In this document: positions 8,119 to 19,083 of the stretch, piece by piece | Position numbering within the stretch: position 1 is the stretch's first letter | Layout of the letters: each line of letters starts with the position of its first letter | Assembly: GCA_051294375.1 (NCBI GenBank) | Contig: JBJCIZ010000314.1 | Location: 22,794 to 41,876, forward strand | Source: Paraspadella gotoi | Taxonomy: Eukaryota > Animalia > Chaetognatha | DNA: 19,083 nt | Reading direction: 5' to 3' | The notes under the pieces: model-generated | Told to the model about the DNA's origin: nothing | The model's database searches: none | Seen by the model: the letters and a program-made list of their open reading frames with translations, nothing else | Position numbers and translations under genes: made by a program

Positions 8119-11100
8119 GAGATTATAGTACTCATTTTAATATCCAAATTAGTAGTAGCATCCGTCTAGAATTTCTGAGACGGCAAGCTCTGTAACTCGA
8201 GTACAAATGATAATTTTTAAAGAGAGCTTTTGTCTTGATATCGAGTACACATATGGTAGACACATTTGAATCCGACAAAGTTTTAATTAGATAACGAGTC
8301 TGGGTGTCATTCTGTTCGTTTTTCCAAGCTCTTTTTAACTAAAAAAGTTTTAATTAAAAAAAAAACTTTTTCGCCCAAGCCAGGGGTGTTGAAGAGTCAA
8401 AATATAGAAATTCACCATTTTTTTAGTATTTTTTAGCTTTTTCCATTTAATTTTTTTAATATAATAATCTTTAATCAAGTTAATTACTTCTGATAATGAT
8501 TTTAATTTATCCTATTTAACTGTTTTTAAAACATTCATTAAAAGATATTAGTTTTTAGCTTAAGCCAAGGGTGTTGAAGAGCTAAAATATTTAAATATTT
8601 TTTTTTAATATTTATAAATTATAAGTTACTATTTTTTTAAAAATAACTTATTTTAATCATGGTAATGAAAATATTTGATATCTTTAAATGCTTTGAGGTG
8701 ACTTACCACAGCTTTAAGTTAATTAATTTAATAATGTTTTTTAAAAACTGAAAACCCCAAAAAACTTCTCTGATCCAAAGCAATTAATTTTAATTTTTAA
8801 TCACAAAATGTAATTGTTACAAGATAAAATTATTTAAATAATATTCGGATATTATTATAAAAAAATATTTTTACTTTATAATATATAAATATAATTTTAT
8901 TAAAAAAATAATTTAAAAATGATATCTGCATATAAATTTTGTACATAACAGTTTGGTTTAACTCTATATACAAATATTTTGTTATTAAATAAAATAATTT
9001 TTTTTAATATACAATAATTTTTTAACCATTGTATTAATCCTTTCAGCTTCGTTGAGTGTAGAGTAGATATGCATGTAGCTTCGCCGTCCGTGGCATTTTC
9101 TTATATATTTTTATATCGATCGATAGGAAATAATGTCAATATTGCTCATGCAAAATTTCAAGTCAATCGGCCAACGCGTTTAGAAATGGCAGGCAAAAAC
9201 CCGCCATTTTTTCATCCCTCTTCGCAAAACAGATTCGCGATCGAAAAATAATTTTTTTGGTTCCACTAAACGTTTGAACTAGCGCTCGCTTCGTAGTTCT
9301 TTTTATTTAAGCCGCGAACGATCGAGCGGAGAAGGCGGTAAACTAAAAATGCGCGTTTGGGTCCTCATAAATTTGGATTGTATTTAAAAAGTCTGACAAC
9401 ATGGGAGAATAAAGTCAATATAAAATGAATTTAATATCAATGAATAGTGAATGAATACGCTGACGGTGAACTGCTTGCGGCATCGTCTTCCACATTTTCA
9501 AACTTTGCTGGGCAACAGAAGGGTTTACTTTAATCACTCGTAACTCTCCTCCTAACACTAGCACTTTGACAAGCGCTGCAATAGTAGTATATGAATACGT
9601 ATCTATGATTATTATTATTACATCTGCATAAAGGCCAACGATACATGAATGTACAAACTATAATTAACTATGTGGCCATGTACAAAACAAGCTTTTCAAA
9701 AATAGGACAAATCTGTACCTAAATTATATTTTGTAAGCTTTTTTGATAGCTTAGAATTTATAACATTTCTATTAATTTAATACATTTTTTTCAATCAACA
9801 ATAAACAACAGAACAATATAAAAAGTTTAATAACATTAAATTATGATGAAGATAAAAGATAAGAGTTAGATTTTAACAATGAGCAACAGAAAAATTAAAC
9901 GTTGCAGCGCAGTCACTTAAATGCACACATTTTCACATGATAACGTCAATCCTTACTTAAAAAAGGTCTTGTGGTTCATTACTTCTATGAAAAGTTAAAC
10001 AACCAAATATAACTAAGAATATGCTACCTTTACTTTCTTATCCTGAAACAATATTTCTTTATAGTATATTCCTATTTTCCTTTACTTTCACTATCTGTAG
10101 TTGGCCATTGCCTTTAAGTTCAAGCATTACACTTTCAGTTGTGACCCGGTAGGTCATTGCGTTATACCATCACCTCATGACCATGATGTACCCAATCTCC
10201 AATGGTACCAACCCGGCGGGAATCGTGAGGATGGCGGTAATCCGCCTTGGGGGCTTGGAAAACCCCAAACCTAGTGGCAAGTCCAGGACGTGTTCATTGT
10301 TCAATTGCTGCTGAGGGTGCACAGAAGAAACGGATAACCAACTTTGCGGTGAATGGTCATTCTTGCTGACCCCTATGGGTCATAAAGTAGAAAGACTTCG
10401 TTGTCCCTTTGTCGTTGTATTCGTCGTCGTTTTCGCCTGAACTATTTGAACTTCCAAAACTTGAAAATTAGTGGATCCGTCAGAATTCTAATCCGCGCAT
10501 ATGCTAAACTTAAAGCCTTTCCAAAAGCTGACAATGTTGCATGTTTGTTTAAATGTTAACAGTGTGGTTAAGTATGTAAATAAAGCGATCTGCTTACTTT
10601 GAATTTTCACTTGGAAAACCCTACAATAAAGTATGATACTATTGATTTTTTTTAAGCTTTTTGAGTACCTTGAACCAAATAATAGCAAGCCACGCAATTA
10701 AACAAACTTATTAAGCTTGACCACTCTTGGGTATGAGATTACTTAATGTCTCCAAAAAAGGCGGCATTGACTGAAAATATATTTGAATCGTGATAAATTA
10801 TTATAATATCTACGAATTATAATAAAATATTATTAATATATTATCTACTGAAAGCCCTTTCAAATCTAAATAAAAATGATACTTAAGAGTACTGTAGTAT
10901 AAAATTTAACCGGCCCAGCTTTATTTTAATTAGGATACTCAAAAACGAGACATCTTTCCAAAAATCAATAGCTGGAGGGTAAATTTAAGATTTTTATCAA
11001 ATTGTGATTGGCAATCTTAAATCTTTTTTTTCAGGCTCTTTCATGATACTTATATAAAATAATAATATTTAAACAGGATCATATATTAAAAAAAAAAAAA

Positions 11101-11191
11101 GATTTAAAATTTTAGATAATTAACTCTCTTAATGAACCAAGGCTGGGCATCTTACTTTTTATGTTAGAGCTTTCATAAGTATATCATTCTC

Positions 11192-11562
11192 TAATTTTTT
11201 AAGGGCTTTCTGAGGATATTAATATTATTAATATCTAATAAATACTTTGTTTTAAAAAATGTGCTAAAAGTTGAAAAAAAATTGAATTTTAAAACAGTGG
11301 GTTGGGAAAATTGAAACCAGATTTAAAAGCTTTCTCCACTCATTGTCAAGCATATCTTAACTTATCAAAAATTTAAAACACTTAAATGACTTTAATATTT
11401 TCTACTAAACTAATTCTCTTAAAATCAAATGAGAATAACCACTTGTTTTCAACAAATTTAGCACGCTTATAAATTTACCAGCGCTTGTAAAATTGTCACC
11501 ATGTATTTGCATAATCCGATGTTCTGGAGAGAGAGAGAGAGATGAAGACGATATTAAAGCTA
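11192..11562. other. ~370-bp insertion private to the right arm
   Basis: Absent at the equivalent left-arm site (~3340-3350, GGGAATTTTTAAGAGAGATGATA). Boundaries are approximate. Confidence 0.6.
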
Positions 11563-12234
11563 AAAATGCCCGAGCTCGAGTTGGCTCTTAGGGCAATACT
11601 TTTTAAAATTATTCAAAAACATTACCAGCCGCATGAGCGGTCTTGGAGCGGTTAGAGATTTGCGGAGTACTACTCCGATGAGACTTGCCTGCCGCATCTT
11701 TAGATTCTACAATGTTAAAGCTCGAGCGGTCTTAGGGCGTTACTACTGCTTAAAAGTATTCAAAGTTTTGCCATCTCATATATATACTATATATACTATT
11801 TACTACTCCCTATGCTAAAGATAAAATCAAAGACCAGCACATCTTATTATTTAAGATAGAGATAGAATAGACTAATTATGTAACAATGATGGACAACATA
11901 AACTAAGGGACTGTAACCAAAACCAGTAATTACCAGTAATTACTAAATGCAACAAATTACTCATAACAGTAACATAATCGAATATGACAGATATTTGACT
12001 TGAAAAGACGAATAGTTTGTGACGCGAAGACGTATAGTTTATGACGCGAATTGAGATGAAGTGGTGATGACTGTTGAGACGTTTTCAAGGTTTTAACTCC
12101 CGATACATGTGAATTTTCACTGCTATGGCGAGTTCCTGTTTTATATCAATGTTTTAGTAGTTTGTTATGATAAGCTGTTTTCATTTTGAGAGAGAGAAAT
12201 ATATTGAGGACAATATTAGTTCATCCAGCAAAAA

Positions 12235-12691
12235 TTGGCGGTCACTCCCTCCTTCGATCCTTCCTCCAAGTTTGAAGGAGAAGAATCCACCGACGTGAAA
12301 GCCCAAGCTGGAGCGTCCACTCCAGTGTCGATGGGTGTCATAAGTTCTCTCGCGATGCCTCTGCTTTATCAAGTCAGCCCATTGGCGCGGCGTGTCGTAA
12401 TTAACAGGAAGCGCATCCGCCCACCCTCAACGCGCAATGTCGGAGTGCAGCTTACTTGGAGGCGGAAACGGTCGATACAAATCGATACAATCAACCCCAT
12501 AACAAAAATGTAACTGTCGGGGACACCGCTGTTTCCGTCGAAGCGTCCGCCATTTTCGGTCGCACAATTTCACATAACTGGCGCGCATCTTCAGGCAGCA
12601 GAAGTCTCGCTGAACACATTCGAAGATTGTAATCTCCAACATCGACGCCCAGATCTCTCAGCCATTGGAGCCATGCGTAGTAGAGTGAGTA
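12235..12691 (-). pseudogene. Inverted copy 2 of the GC-rich exon-like island
   Basis: Reverse-complement homolog of 1608-2080. It retains the acceptor-like TTCCTCAG and has different indels from copy 1. Confidence 0.35.
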
Positions 12692-12787
12692 CTGAGGAAT
12701 ATAAATTTTATCTGAGTGAAACAGACAAGTGAAGAGACAAGTAATCTATTGTTATGGTGTTAATGAGCAGAAAACGTTCAATATAAA

Positions 12788-12861
12788 GCAGTCCCTGAGC
12801 TTCGGATCAGGCTGTACACACCTGTTACAGGCGGGGTTAAGCGCCTGTCCCTCTTAACTGC
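12788..12861 (-). ncRNA. Degenerate twister copy
   Basis: Minus strand reads GCAGUU-aa-GAGG-GACAG-GCGCU-UAA-CCCC-GC-CUGUAACAGGUGUGUACAG-CCUGA-UCCGAAGC-UCAGG-GACUGC. The GACGG>GACAG change weakens the pseudoknot. Confidence 0.55.
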
Positions 12862-13458
12862 CAGACGACCACCGGGCTAAAAAACGGTGATGAAACGGTT
12901 GGTGATTTTAGTCCACCATACAATGATATTTAAACGTTGAGATAGTATGATTAACGGAATAAAAAAAAATATTTTTGTTTTATATTGTTTGGGGGAAACA
13001 GTTTCATTAATTACAATTATTTTATAGTAATCATCTTTATAAAATCATAAATTCTTTTAAAAAATAATTTTTTAAAAATTTTTTATTAAAGATTCTGATT
13101 CTTCAAATAAAAAATTATAATTGAAAATTAAAATATAAAATATGTTGATTAAAAATTTCAATGTCTTCAGGCGTCAAAAAAATGAAAAAAAAGGTCAAAT
13201 ATTCTCCACTTTTTACGTTTTGTAATAAAAAGACTATGTATATGATGAACGACGTTTTGGCTCATTTTTCCGCAGCTTTACACCTAAAAATATCACTGTG
13301 ACATATTTTACAAAAGTTTTTTCCGTTTTTCCGGCGAATCCGAAACTGATCTTATTAAAAAAAAATATGATTGTTAAAATTTTATGATTTATAAAGATAT
13401 ATTTATTATTAGGAATTGTTTATTGTTTGCCAATACACACGATTTTTATTGTCAATAC

Positions 13459-13500
13459 AGTACATGTTTCGACTCTGTTGATTCGAGTCTTCATTCAGCT
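13459..13500 (-). ncRNA. Minimal hammerhead-like motif with a 1-nt insertion in the core
   Basis: AG-CUGAAUGA-A-GACUC-gaaucaaca-GAGUC-GAAAC-AU-GUA-CU, followed by AAUAAA. Confidence 0.45.
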
Positions 13501-13611
13501 TTGAAAAAACAATTATCAAATGCTCATACCACATTAAGTTAGAGGAGAGAGAGAGAGTGAGAGAGATGAGGGAGAGTTTCCAACAAAGGGCTGAGTAAAG
13601 GACAGTGGCCA

Positions 13612-13773
13612 GATGAGAGGACAGGTGAAGGTAAGACAGAGAAGAAGATAATTTTGAAATGGTGAAAGTGAAAGAAGAGAGAGAGAGAGAGAGAGAGAAA
13701 GAAAAGGAGAGAGAAATAATTAAAATAAAAATTATCTTCTTCTCTGTTTTTACCCTTCACCTGTCCTCTCATC
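13612..13773. repeat. ~45-bp inverted repeat flanking an (AG)n tract
   Basis: GATGAGAGGACAGGTGAAGGTAAGACAGAGAAGAAGATAATTTT versus AAAATTATCTTCTTCTCTGTTTTTACCCTTCACCTGTCCTCTCATC. Confidence 0.8.
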
Positions 13774-13801
13774 CTCTCATTTCTTTCGTTGTGTTTTTAG
13801 T

Positions 13802-13983
13802 TATTTGAAATTAAAGACAAAGTCTTTGATACAAGCAACGATTTTATTTTTATTGTACAGACAAGTTTCGGCTTTCATTCACAAAAGCACTGATGAAGCG
13901 CTTGAAATGAAAGCCGAAACTTGTCTGTACAATAAATAAATCGGTTGCTGTAGTCATCAAGACTTTGTCTTTAATTTCAAATA
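13802..13983. mobile_element. 182-bp palindrome containing a minimal hammerhead (Penelope-like pLTR remnant)
   Basis: Arms TATTTGAAATTAAAGACAAAGTCTT...TTGTACAGACAAGTTTCGGCTTTCATT and AATGAAAGCCGAAACTTGTCTGTACAA...AAGACTTTGTCTTTAATTTCAAATA. Confidence 0.75.
13887..13928 (+). ncRNA. Minimal type-I hammerhead ribozyme candidate
   Basis: Stem I GCA/UGU; CUGAUGA (13890-13896) plus an extra A; stem II G(c)GCUU/AAGCC; GAAAC-UU-GUC with predicted cleavage after C13925; AATAAA immediately downstream. Confidence 0.65.
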
Positions 13984-13997
13984 GAAACAAATAGATA

Positions 13998-14038
13998 ACG
14001 GACATGTTTCAACTTTGCTTGTAAGTCTTCATCAGCGC
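13998..14038 (-). ncRNA. Minimal type-I hammerhead ribozyme candidate inside palindrome 13981-14094
   Basis: GCG-CUGAUGA-A-GACUU-acaagca-AAGUU-GAAAC-AU-GUC-CGU. Stem III is reduced to the self-complementary ACAUGU. Confidence 0.65.
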
Positions 14039-14406
14039 AAATTGAAGACTTACAAGCAACATTTCAAAACATGTCTGTTATTATTTGTTTCTATTAAATC
14101 AATTGTCTGTAAATAAAAATACAATTTTCTTCTTTCAAATAAATTTCCTAAACGCAAACAAAGAAAGATTTCACAACAATGTTTTTAGTTAAAAAAATAT
14201 CCGTGTAGATAAATGATTTTCCCGTTTGGTTTTGGGAACACTCAAGTTTAAAAAATATCCTCCTAACCAACTTGACCGATTGTCATAAATTTAGATAACA
14301 CTTGCATTCACTATTTAAAAATTTTATTTTTAAATATAATTTTTTAAATAAGATGAAGAGACAGTAATTATTGATATGTGTTAATGACAGAACCGTTCAA
14401 TGTTAA

Positions 14407-14478
14407 CAGTCCCTGAGCTTCGGATCAGGCTGTAACACCATGTTAAAGGTGGGTTAAGCGCCCTGTCCCTCTTAACTG
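14407..14478 (-). ncRNA. Degenerate twister copy
   Basis: Same motif on the minus strand with GACGG>GACAG and L2 GC>AC (both CG>CA changes) plus a P3 mismatch. Confidence 0.5.
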
Positions 14479-15023
14479 CTAGGCGACCACCGGGCTAGAA
14501 CCCCGACCTTTGGGTTGGGAGGCATGAACTTGCCTCGCGGCACAATGGCCGCTGATGAACGGTTGGTGGATTTTAGTCCACCAATAATACCTAAATAAAA
14601 ATAAAAATAATTGGTAAAAAATTGTTTTATGTAATAATTTTTTTGAAAAAATTATTAAATTAAATATTTATCAATATTTTTATAATATTGATTAATTTTT
14701 CTAAATTGTTTCTTTAGATAAAGATCAGTAAAAAACGACCTCATATTTTTATTTAGAGGTTTATAATATGCAGTATTCGTTAAAAGTATCTATTTACATT
14801 ATTCATATTTCTTTTTTAATTTATTAATCTAATTTATTAATAATTTATTAAAAAAATAGCAACCATTTTGTTTTGGGTTAATAATTTAATTCGCTCACAA
14901 CTTAAATATATGGAATTTAAAATGAAAAATTAGCGTATTTTTAAAAATGCACTTATTTTAACAATTAAATTTAAATATATTCATATCGATTTAAAATATT
15001 TTTTACTTGGTTTCATCGATGGA

Positions 15024-15091
15024 ACGGAATCAAAATCAAATCGGAATGAATCGGAATCGAATCGGAATCGGATCGGAATCGAATCGGATCG
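15024..15091 (+). repeat. (G)GAATC / GGATC degenerate 5-6-bp tandem repeat
   Basis: CGGAATCAAAATCAAATCGGAATGAATCGGAATCGAATCGGAATCGGATCGGAATCGAATCGGATCG. Confidence 0.85.
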
Positions 15092-15204
15092 GCGACTCGA
15101 GTGATTTCAACCAAGGACCTCGATGATTTCCAAAAAATTATTTTAAAAAATAAAAAAAATGTTTTTGCACCGAAAAATTAATAAAAATTGCATTCTAAAT
15201 ATAG

Positions 15205-15410
15205 TATCATAAATGGTAAGAATTTATCTTTGACATTGTTATCTCAGAAATAAAATTTAATAACACAGTTCTGCACGATATGTAAAAGTTAACAGACAGA
15301 ACCTTTGGGACACTGTATTTACCTTTGATCCTCCTTCGTCGCATTCTAATAAGATTGAAGCGTGGAAGTTTTCTTGATAGATAGTTAAAAACTATCTGGC
15401 ACTTGTTGAA
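15205..15410 (+). repeat. Diverged copy of the repeat at 17857-18087 / 18668-18907
   Basis: Shared TATCATAAATGGTAA...TTATCTCAGAAATAAAATTTAA...GATATGTAAAAGTTA...TTACCTTTGAT...GTCGCATTCTAA...TCTGGCACTTG. Confidence 0.8.
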
Positions 15411-15444
15411 CTTGATGATACTTCAAGGAAACAGAGATATTATT

Positions 15445-15531
15445 GACCGCCAGTTGGGACTCAGCCCATATGAACCAGAGATCGGTGGCGTTTGTCCAAA
15501 AGTCCGGGAGCTTGACGGAGACCGCCGAAGT
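15445..15531 (-). pseudogene. gag: Ty3/Gypsy gag N-terminal fragment
   Basis: Manual translation TSAVSVKLPDFWTNATDLWFIWAESQLAV matches the conserved AVSVKLPxFW...P.LWF...ExQF gag start of CsRn1/Kabuki-like Gypsy elements. It is not in the ORF track. Confidence 0.75.
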
Positions 15532-15596
15532 TCTGGAGAGAGAGAAAGAAAATTAATAATCCTGTCTCATTTATTCACTCCCAAAGTACCTGGCTT

Positions 15597-16086
15597 CCCG
15601 GGCCAGACGAATCTTCTAGAGACCAGCGCCTTCGACGTCTTGATGCCAGGGTGAGACAGGTAGTGGATCGCGTCGAAAATGTCCCGGCGCCATTGACGAG
15701 TCACCAAAGGACGGGCGACGCCGGTTGCAACATCGCAAATGATTGCGACGCCGTCCAGAGATGCTTCTTTCAGTGTCAACGCCGTCTTCTCGGTCCGGAG
15801 GAGGCGCTGAACGTCTGGATCCATCTTCTGGTCGTTGGCGAGGTTCGGCGAAATCGAGGCGTCCGGAGCCGACTACCGCCGCGACATCCTCCGAGATGAC
15901 GACGCGTGAAAGCGAGTGGACGCCAATGGCCGTCGACGTTTTGCTCCAAAACGCCGCCGATGGCGACGTCAGAGGCGTCGACTGTGAGAGCGGTCGGCGT
16001 GGGTGGATGAGCATCGTGGCCGCGGCGAGAGCTTCTTTGGCGGCGTCGAAAGCGACGGTCCGTTCCGTCGTCCACTCCACTCGGAT
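15597..16086 (-). pseudogene. pol: Ty3/Gypsy pol fragment (RT connection, RNase H N-terminus, pre-integrase zinc-binding region), frameshifted, RNase H core deleted
   Basis: WTTERTVAFDAAKEALAAATMLIHP / LTVDASDVAIGGVLEQNVDGHWRPLAF / LDFAE..DPDVQRLL..IICDVATGVARPLV..WRRDIFDAIHYLSHPGIKTSKALVSRRFVWPG spread over three frames. The expected ELLA, TDHKPL and ADALSR motifs are missing. Confidence 0.9.
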
Positions 16087-16616
16087 TCCTATAGAACTTG
16101 AAAAGTTAATTTTTGACAATAAATTGGTTAAAAATAGAAAAACATTAAAAAATTATCATAATCATTGGCTGAATTTTATGGTTTTTTAAAATTTTTATCA
16201 ATAAAACAAAAATATTTTAAAAAGTTGTATTAATAACCTTTACATAACTTTTAAAACTTTACCAGAATCTATTAAAAAGAAATGAAAAATTTTTAAAAAA
16301 TTTTCAAGTTTATATAGTAATAAAATAATCTTTAAATGCTTCCGTGCACTAATCAATAAGATAAATTTTTAAAATTATTTTTATACCTATTTTTAACCCT
16401 AACAGTCACTTAACTATTATTTATTTGAGATAACTTCTAGTTTTCAACCTGTTCCGTCATGCCCACCAAATCGGCAGAGAAATAGTGGAGGTGTTTAATC
16501 GGGTAGCGGTCATCCGTCGTCACTGCATTAAGGCGGGGGTAATCACCACAGGCGCGGAAACCGCCATCGGACTTGGGAACGACGTGTAGTGTAGTATTAA
16601 ATTAAATATTTCTTAA

Positions 16617-17365
16617 GGGCCATCACGCATAAAATGGGTAAAACCGAAAAGGATAGTTTTAAACGTTTACCGCGTTGGAATTCCGCGAAAATTAAGTGAT
16701 ATTTCTTCATTTTATGATTTTCCCTGAACAATTTTCGTCGATACGGCGAATTCAAGAGGACTGAAAAAGACCTTTCAACTCGTTACTGAAATTCATGGAT
16801 ATGTCTCACGGTAAGGCCCGCACAAAATGAGAACAGTCTTCTTGAAAATCTTTGAGAACGTATTTAGTTGTTTTTACTTTCCTTTTCGATAAAATCTGTT
16901 TTTTTATCATAAATTTTAGATTCTATTGATCACCGGACTCCAATATTCTGCTGACAATGGTTTTTTTACCGGCAACTATACCTTAACAAGATGTTTGCTT
17001 TGAACTTGAAGAAGTTCTAGAGAGTCTCTCTTCTCTCTTTCTCTCTCTCTCTCTCTCACTGTCTCTTCTTTGATTTTCATCCTTTCATCTGATTTGAAAT
17101 GATTTGAATTTCGAATGCAATGTTAATAAAATAAACCAATCTCGATATTTTGTATGAACTATTGAATAAAACCTTTTATGCAATAGTAATTAGGAATTAA
17201 TTTTTGAAAAAAAATTGAGAAAAAAGAATTGAGAAAAAAAAAGAAAACAATTAAGGAAAAGAAAATTTAAAAAAAATCTGAAATTTAAAAAAACGGTAAA
17301 AAATTCCGAAATCTTTTTTGTTTACTCGATTGCGAAAAAATATACCCATTTTATGCGTGATGCCA
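16617..17365. mobile_element. ~750-bp non-autonomous DNA transposon (MITE), possibly PIF/Harbinger-like
   Basis: Perfect 20-bp inverted repeat CATCACGCATAAAATGGGTA (16621-16640) / TACCCATTTTATGCGTGATG (17343-17362). The left end reads TAA|GGGC; the right terminus is degenerate; there is no ORF. Confidence 0.65.
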
Positions 17366-17487
17366 TATCGTCCAAGTAGAAATGAGTTAAATGGAAAAAA
17401 AGCAATCTATTTCACTATTTGATTATGCTTTTTTTATTTTTATATAAATGTAAATTCAAGCTGCATTAATTAAATATTAATAAGTTA

Positions 17488-18940
17488 TTAATTATTGGTA
17501 ATTAAATAATTAATTAATTTTGTGATTGAGATTATTTTTTTGTGATTGAGAAGCGAGACAAAGTGGAAAACGATTTTGACACAAATAAAAAAAATTAATA
17601 TTAATTAATTAATTAATGATCGTGGCAGATCCGGCATTGTTTTCTCAAACTTTTGTTTTGAATTCGACCATGCCATTGATAAGCACAATTAAGCACATAA
17701 CTAAGGTAGTAAGCAAGCTGGACTACTGGGAATTGAAAAGTAAAAAAACGTCCAGCGATTTTTTTCACCAGAGTCCAAAATCTGAAGTTGCTACAACAAA
17801 TTATTAAGCCACAATATTTTGATCATTTCATTTCACTCCATTGGAAATCCGTGTAATATCATAAATGGTAAAAATTATCTTTGAAATTATCTCAGAAATA
17901 AAATTTAACAAAACAATTCCACAAGATATGTAAAAGTTACAGAGAACCTTGGGACACCTGTTATTACCTTTGATCTCCTTTGTCGCATTCTAAACAAGAG
18001 TGAAACAGCGTTGGCGTGAATTTTCTCGGCAATCTCGTAGATTCATGATAGATCGTAGATCGATAGTTAAACTGTCTGGCACTTGATGGACGCGTAATAA
18101 AATTCACAAATATTCTAATTATNNNNNNNNNNNNNNNNNNNNNNNNNATTAATTATTGGTAATTAAATAATTAATTAATTTTGTGATTGAGATTATTGTT
18201 TTGTGATTGAGAAGCGAGACAAAGTGGAAAACGATTTTGACACAAATAAAAAAAATTAATATTAATTAATTAATTAATGATCGTGGGCAGATCCGGCATT
18301 GTTTTCTCAAACTTTTGTTTTGAAATTCGACCATGCCATTGATAAGCACAATTAAGCACATAACTAAGGTAGTAAGCAAGCTGGACTACTGGNNNNNNNN
18401 NNNNNNNNNNNNNNNNNNNNNNNNNNNNNNNNNNNNNNNNNNNNNNNNNNNNNNNNNNNNNNNNNNNNNNNNNNNNNNNNNNNNNNNNNNNNNNNNNNNN
18501 NNNNNNNNNNNNNNNNNNNNNNNNNNNNNNNNNNNNNNNNNNNNNNNNNNNNNNNNNNNNNNNNNNNNNNNNNNNNNNNNNNNNNNNNNNNNNNNNNNNN
18601 NNNNNNNNNNNNNNNNNNNNNNNNNNATTTGATCATTTCATTTCACTCCCATTGGAAATCCGTGTAATATCATAAATGGTAAAAACTTATCTTTGAAATT
18701 ATCTCAGAAATAAAATTTAACAAAACAATTCCACAAGATATGTAAAAGTTAACAGAGAGTACCATTGGGACACACTTTATTTACCTTTGATTCTCCTTTG
18801 TCGCATTCTAACAAGAGTGAAACAGCGTTGGCGTCGAAGTTTTCTCGGCAATCTCGTAGATTCATGATAGATCGTAGATCGATAGTTAAACTGTCTGGCA
18901 CTTGATGGACGCGTAATAAAATTCACAAATATTCTAATTA
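17488..18940 (+). repeat. Near-identical tandem duplication across gaps (17488-18122 versus 18148-18940), probable assembly redundancy
   Basis: The copies differ almost only by small indels and are separated or interrupted by N runs at 18123-18147 and 18393-18626. Confidence 0.85.
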
Positions 18941-19083
18941 TAAAAAGAAACATTATCATCATATTGACATGACAAATACAATGGTGAAGTGACCAAGAGA
19001 AGAGAGGGTCGCCATGCCTCTCTGAGTGTGGAGACTGGAGAGCCCCCACTTGACGACGGGTAGACGATGCCAAGCCACTCCAA

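Larger units (their letters stand above)
9064..14729 (-). repeat. Right arm of the ~5.7-kb inverted duplication
   Basis: Reverse-complement match to 36-5703 with many substitutions and indels (roughly 85-90% identity by eye, not computed). Confidence 0.95.

Noticed and set aside
8378-8590. 28-bp imperfect direct repeat AGCCA.GGGTGTTGAAGAG..AAAATAT (8378 and 8562)
   Set aside because: Only two copies in AT-rich DNA; probably an internal repeat of an unidentified element, with no function supportable.
15024-15091. Tandem GAATC units as a CRISPR array or telomere
   Set aside because: Units are 5-6 bp with no spacers, in a eukaryotic context; it is a short degenerate interstitial tract.
15651-16189. 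Plus-strand ORFs over the GC-rich island
   Set aside because: They are antisense shadows of the Gypsy pol fragment.
16560-16602. Minus-strand UAA..UCG-UUCCCAAGUC-CGA resembling twister P4/L4
   Set aside because: No P2 partner or GAGGG strand on either side; at best a decayed remnant.
17488-18940. Biological tandem duplication and the duplicated ORFs MPLISTIKH...
   Set aside because: The copies differ mainly by small indels and abut N gaps, typical of unmerged overlapping contigs or reads.
18983-19083. GC-richer hairpin region at the window end as a possible ribozyme or element start
   Set aside because: It is truncated by the window and no complete motif is visible.

Overview
AT-rich, repeat-dense eukaryotic (probably invertebrate) draft-assembly sequence with three N gaps and no intact protein-coding gene; most listed ORFs are microsatellite or low-complexity artefacts. 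The main architecture is a very large diverged inverted duplication (about 36-5703 versus 9064-14729) whose spacer contains a 100-N gap, and each arm carries private insertions. Nested in it are two classes of candidate self-cleaving ribozyme. (i) A ~230-bp structured repeat (3 copies plus a remnant) contains a circularly permuted (type-P5-like) twister motif with a compensatory pseudoknot change and an almost absent, self-complementary P1. (ii) Several Penelope-type minimal hammerhead motifs occur, mostly inside short 110-180 bp palindromes. The right end holds scrambled Ty3/Gypsy pol and gag fragments bounded by splice-like signals, a TIR-bounded MITE, and a near-identical duplication across gaps that is probably an assembly artefact. 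All calls were made by eye; no search or folding program was run.
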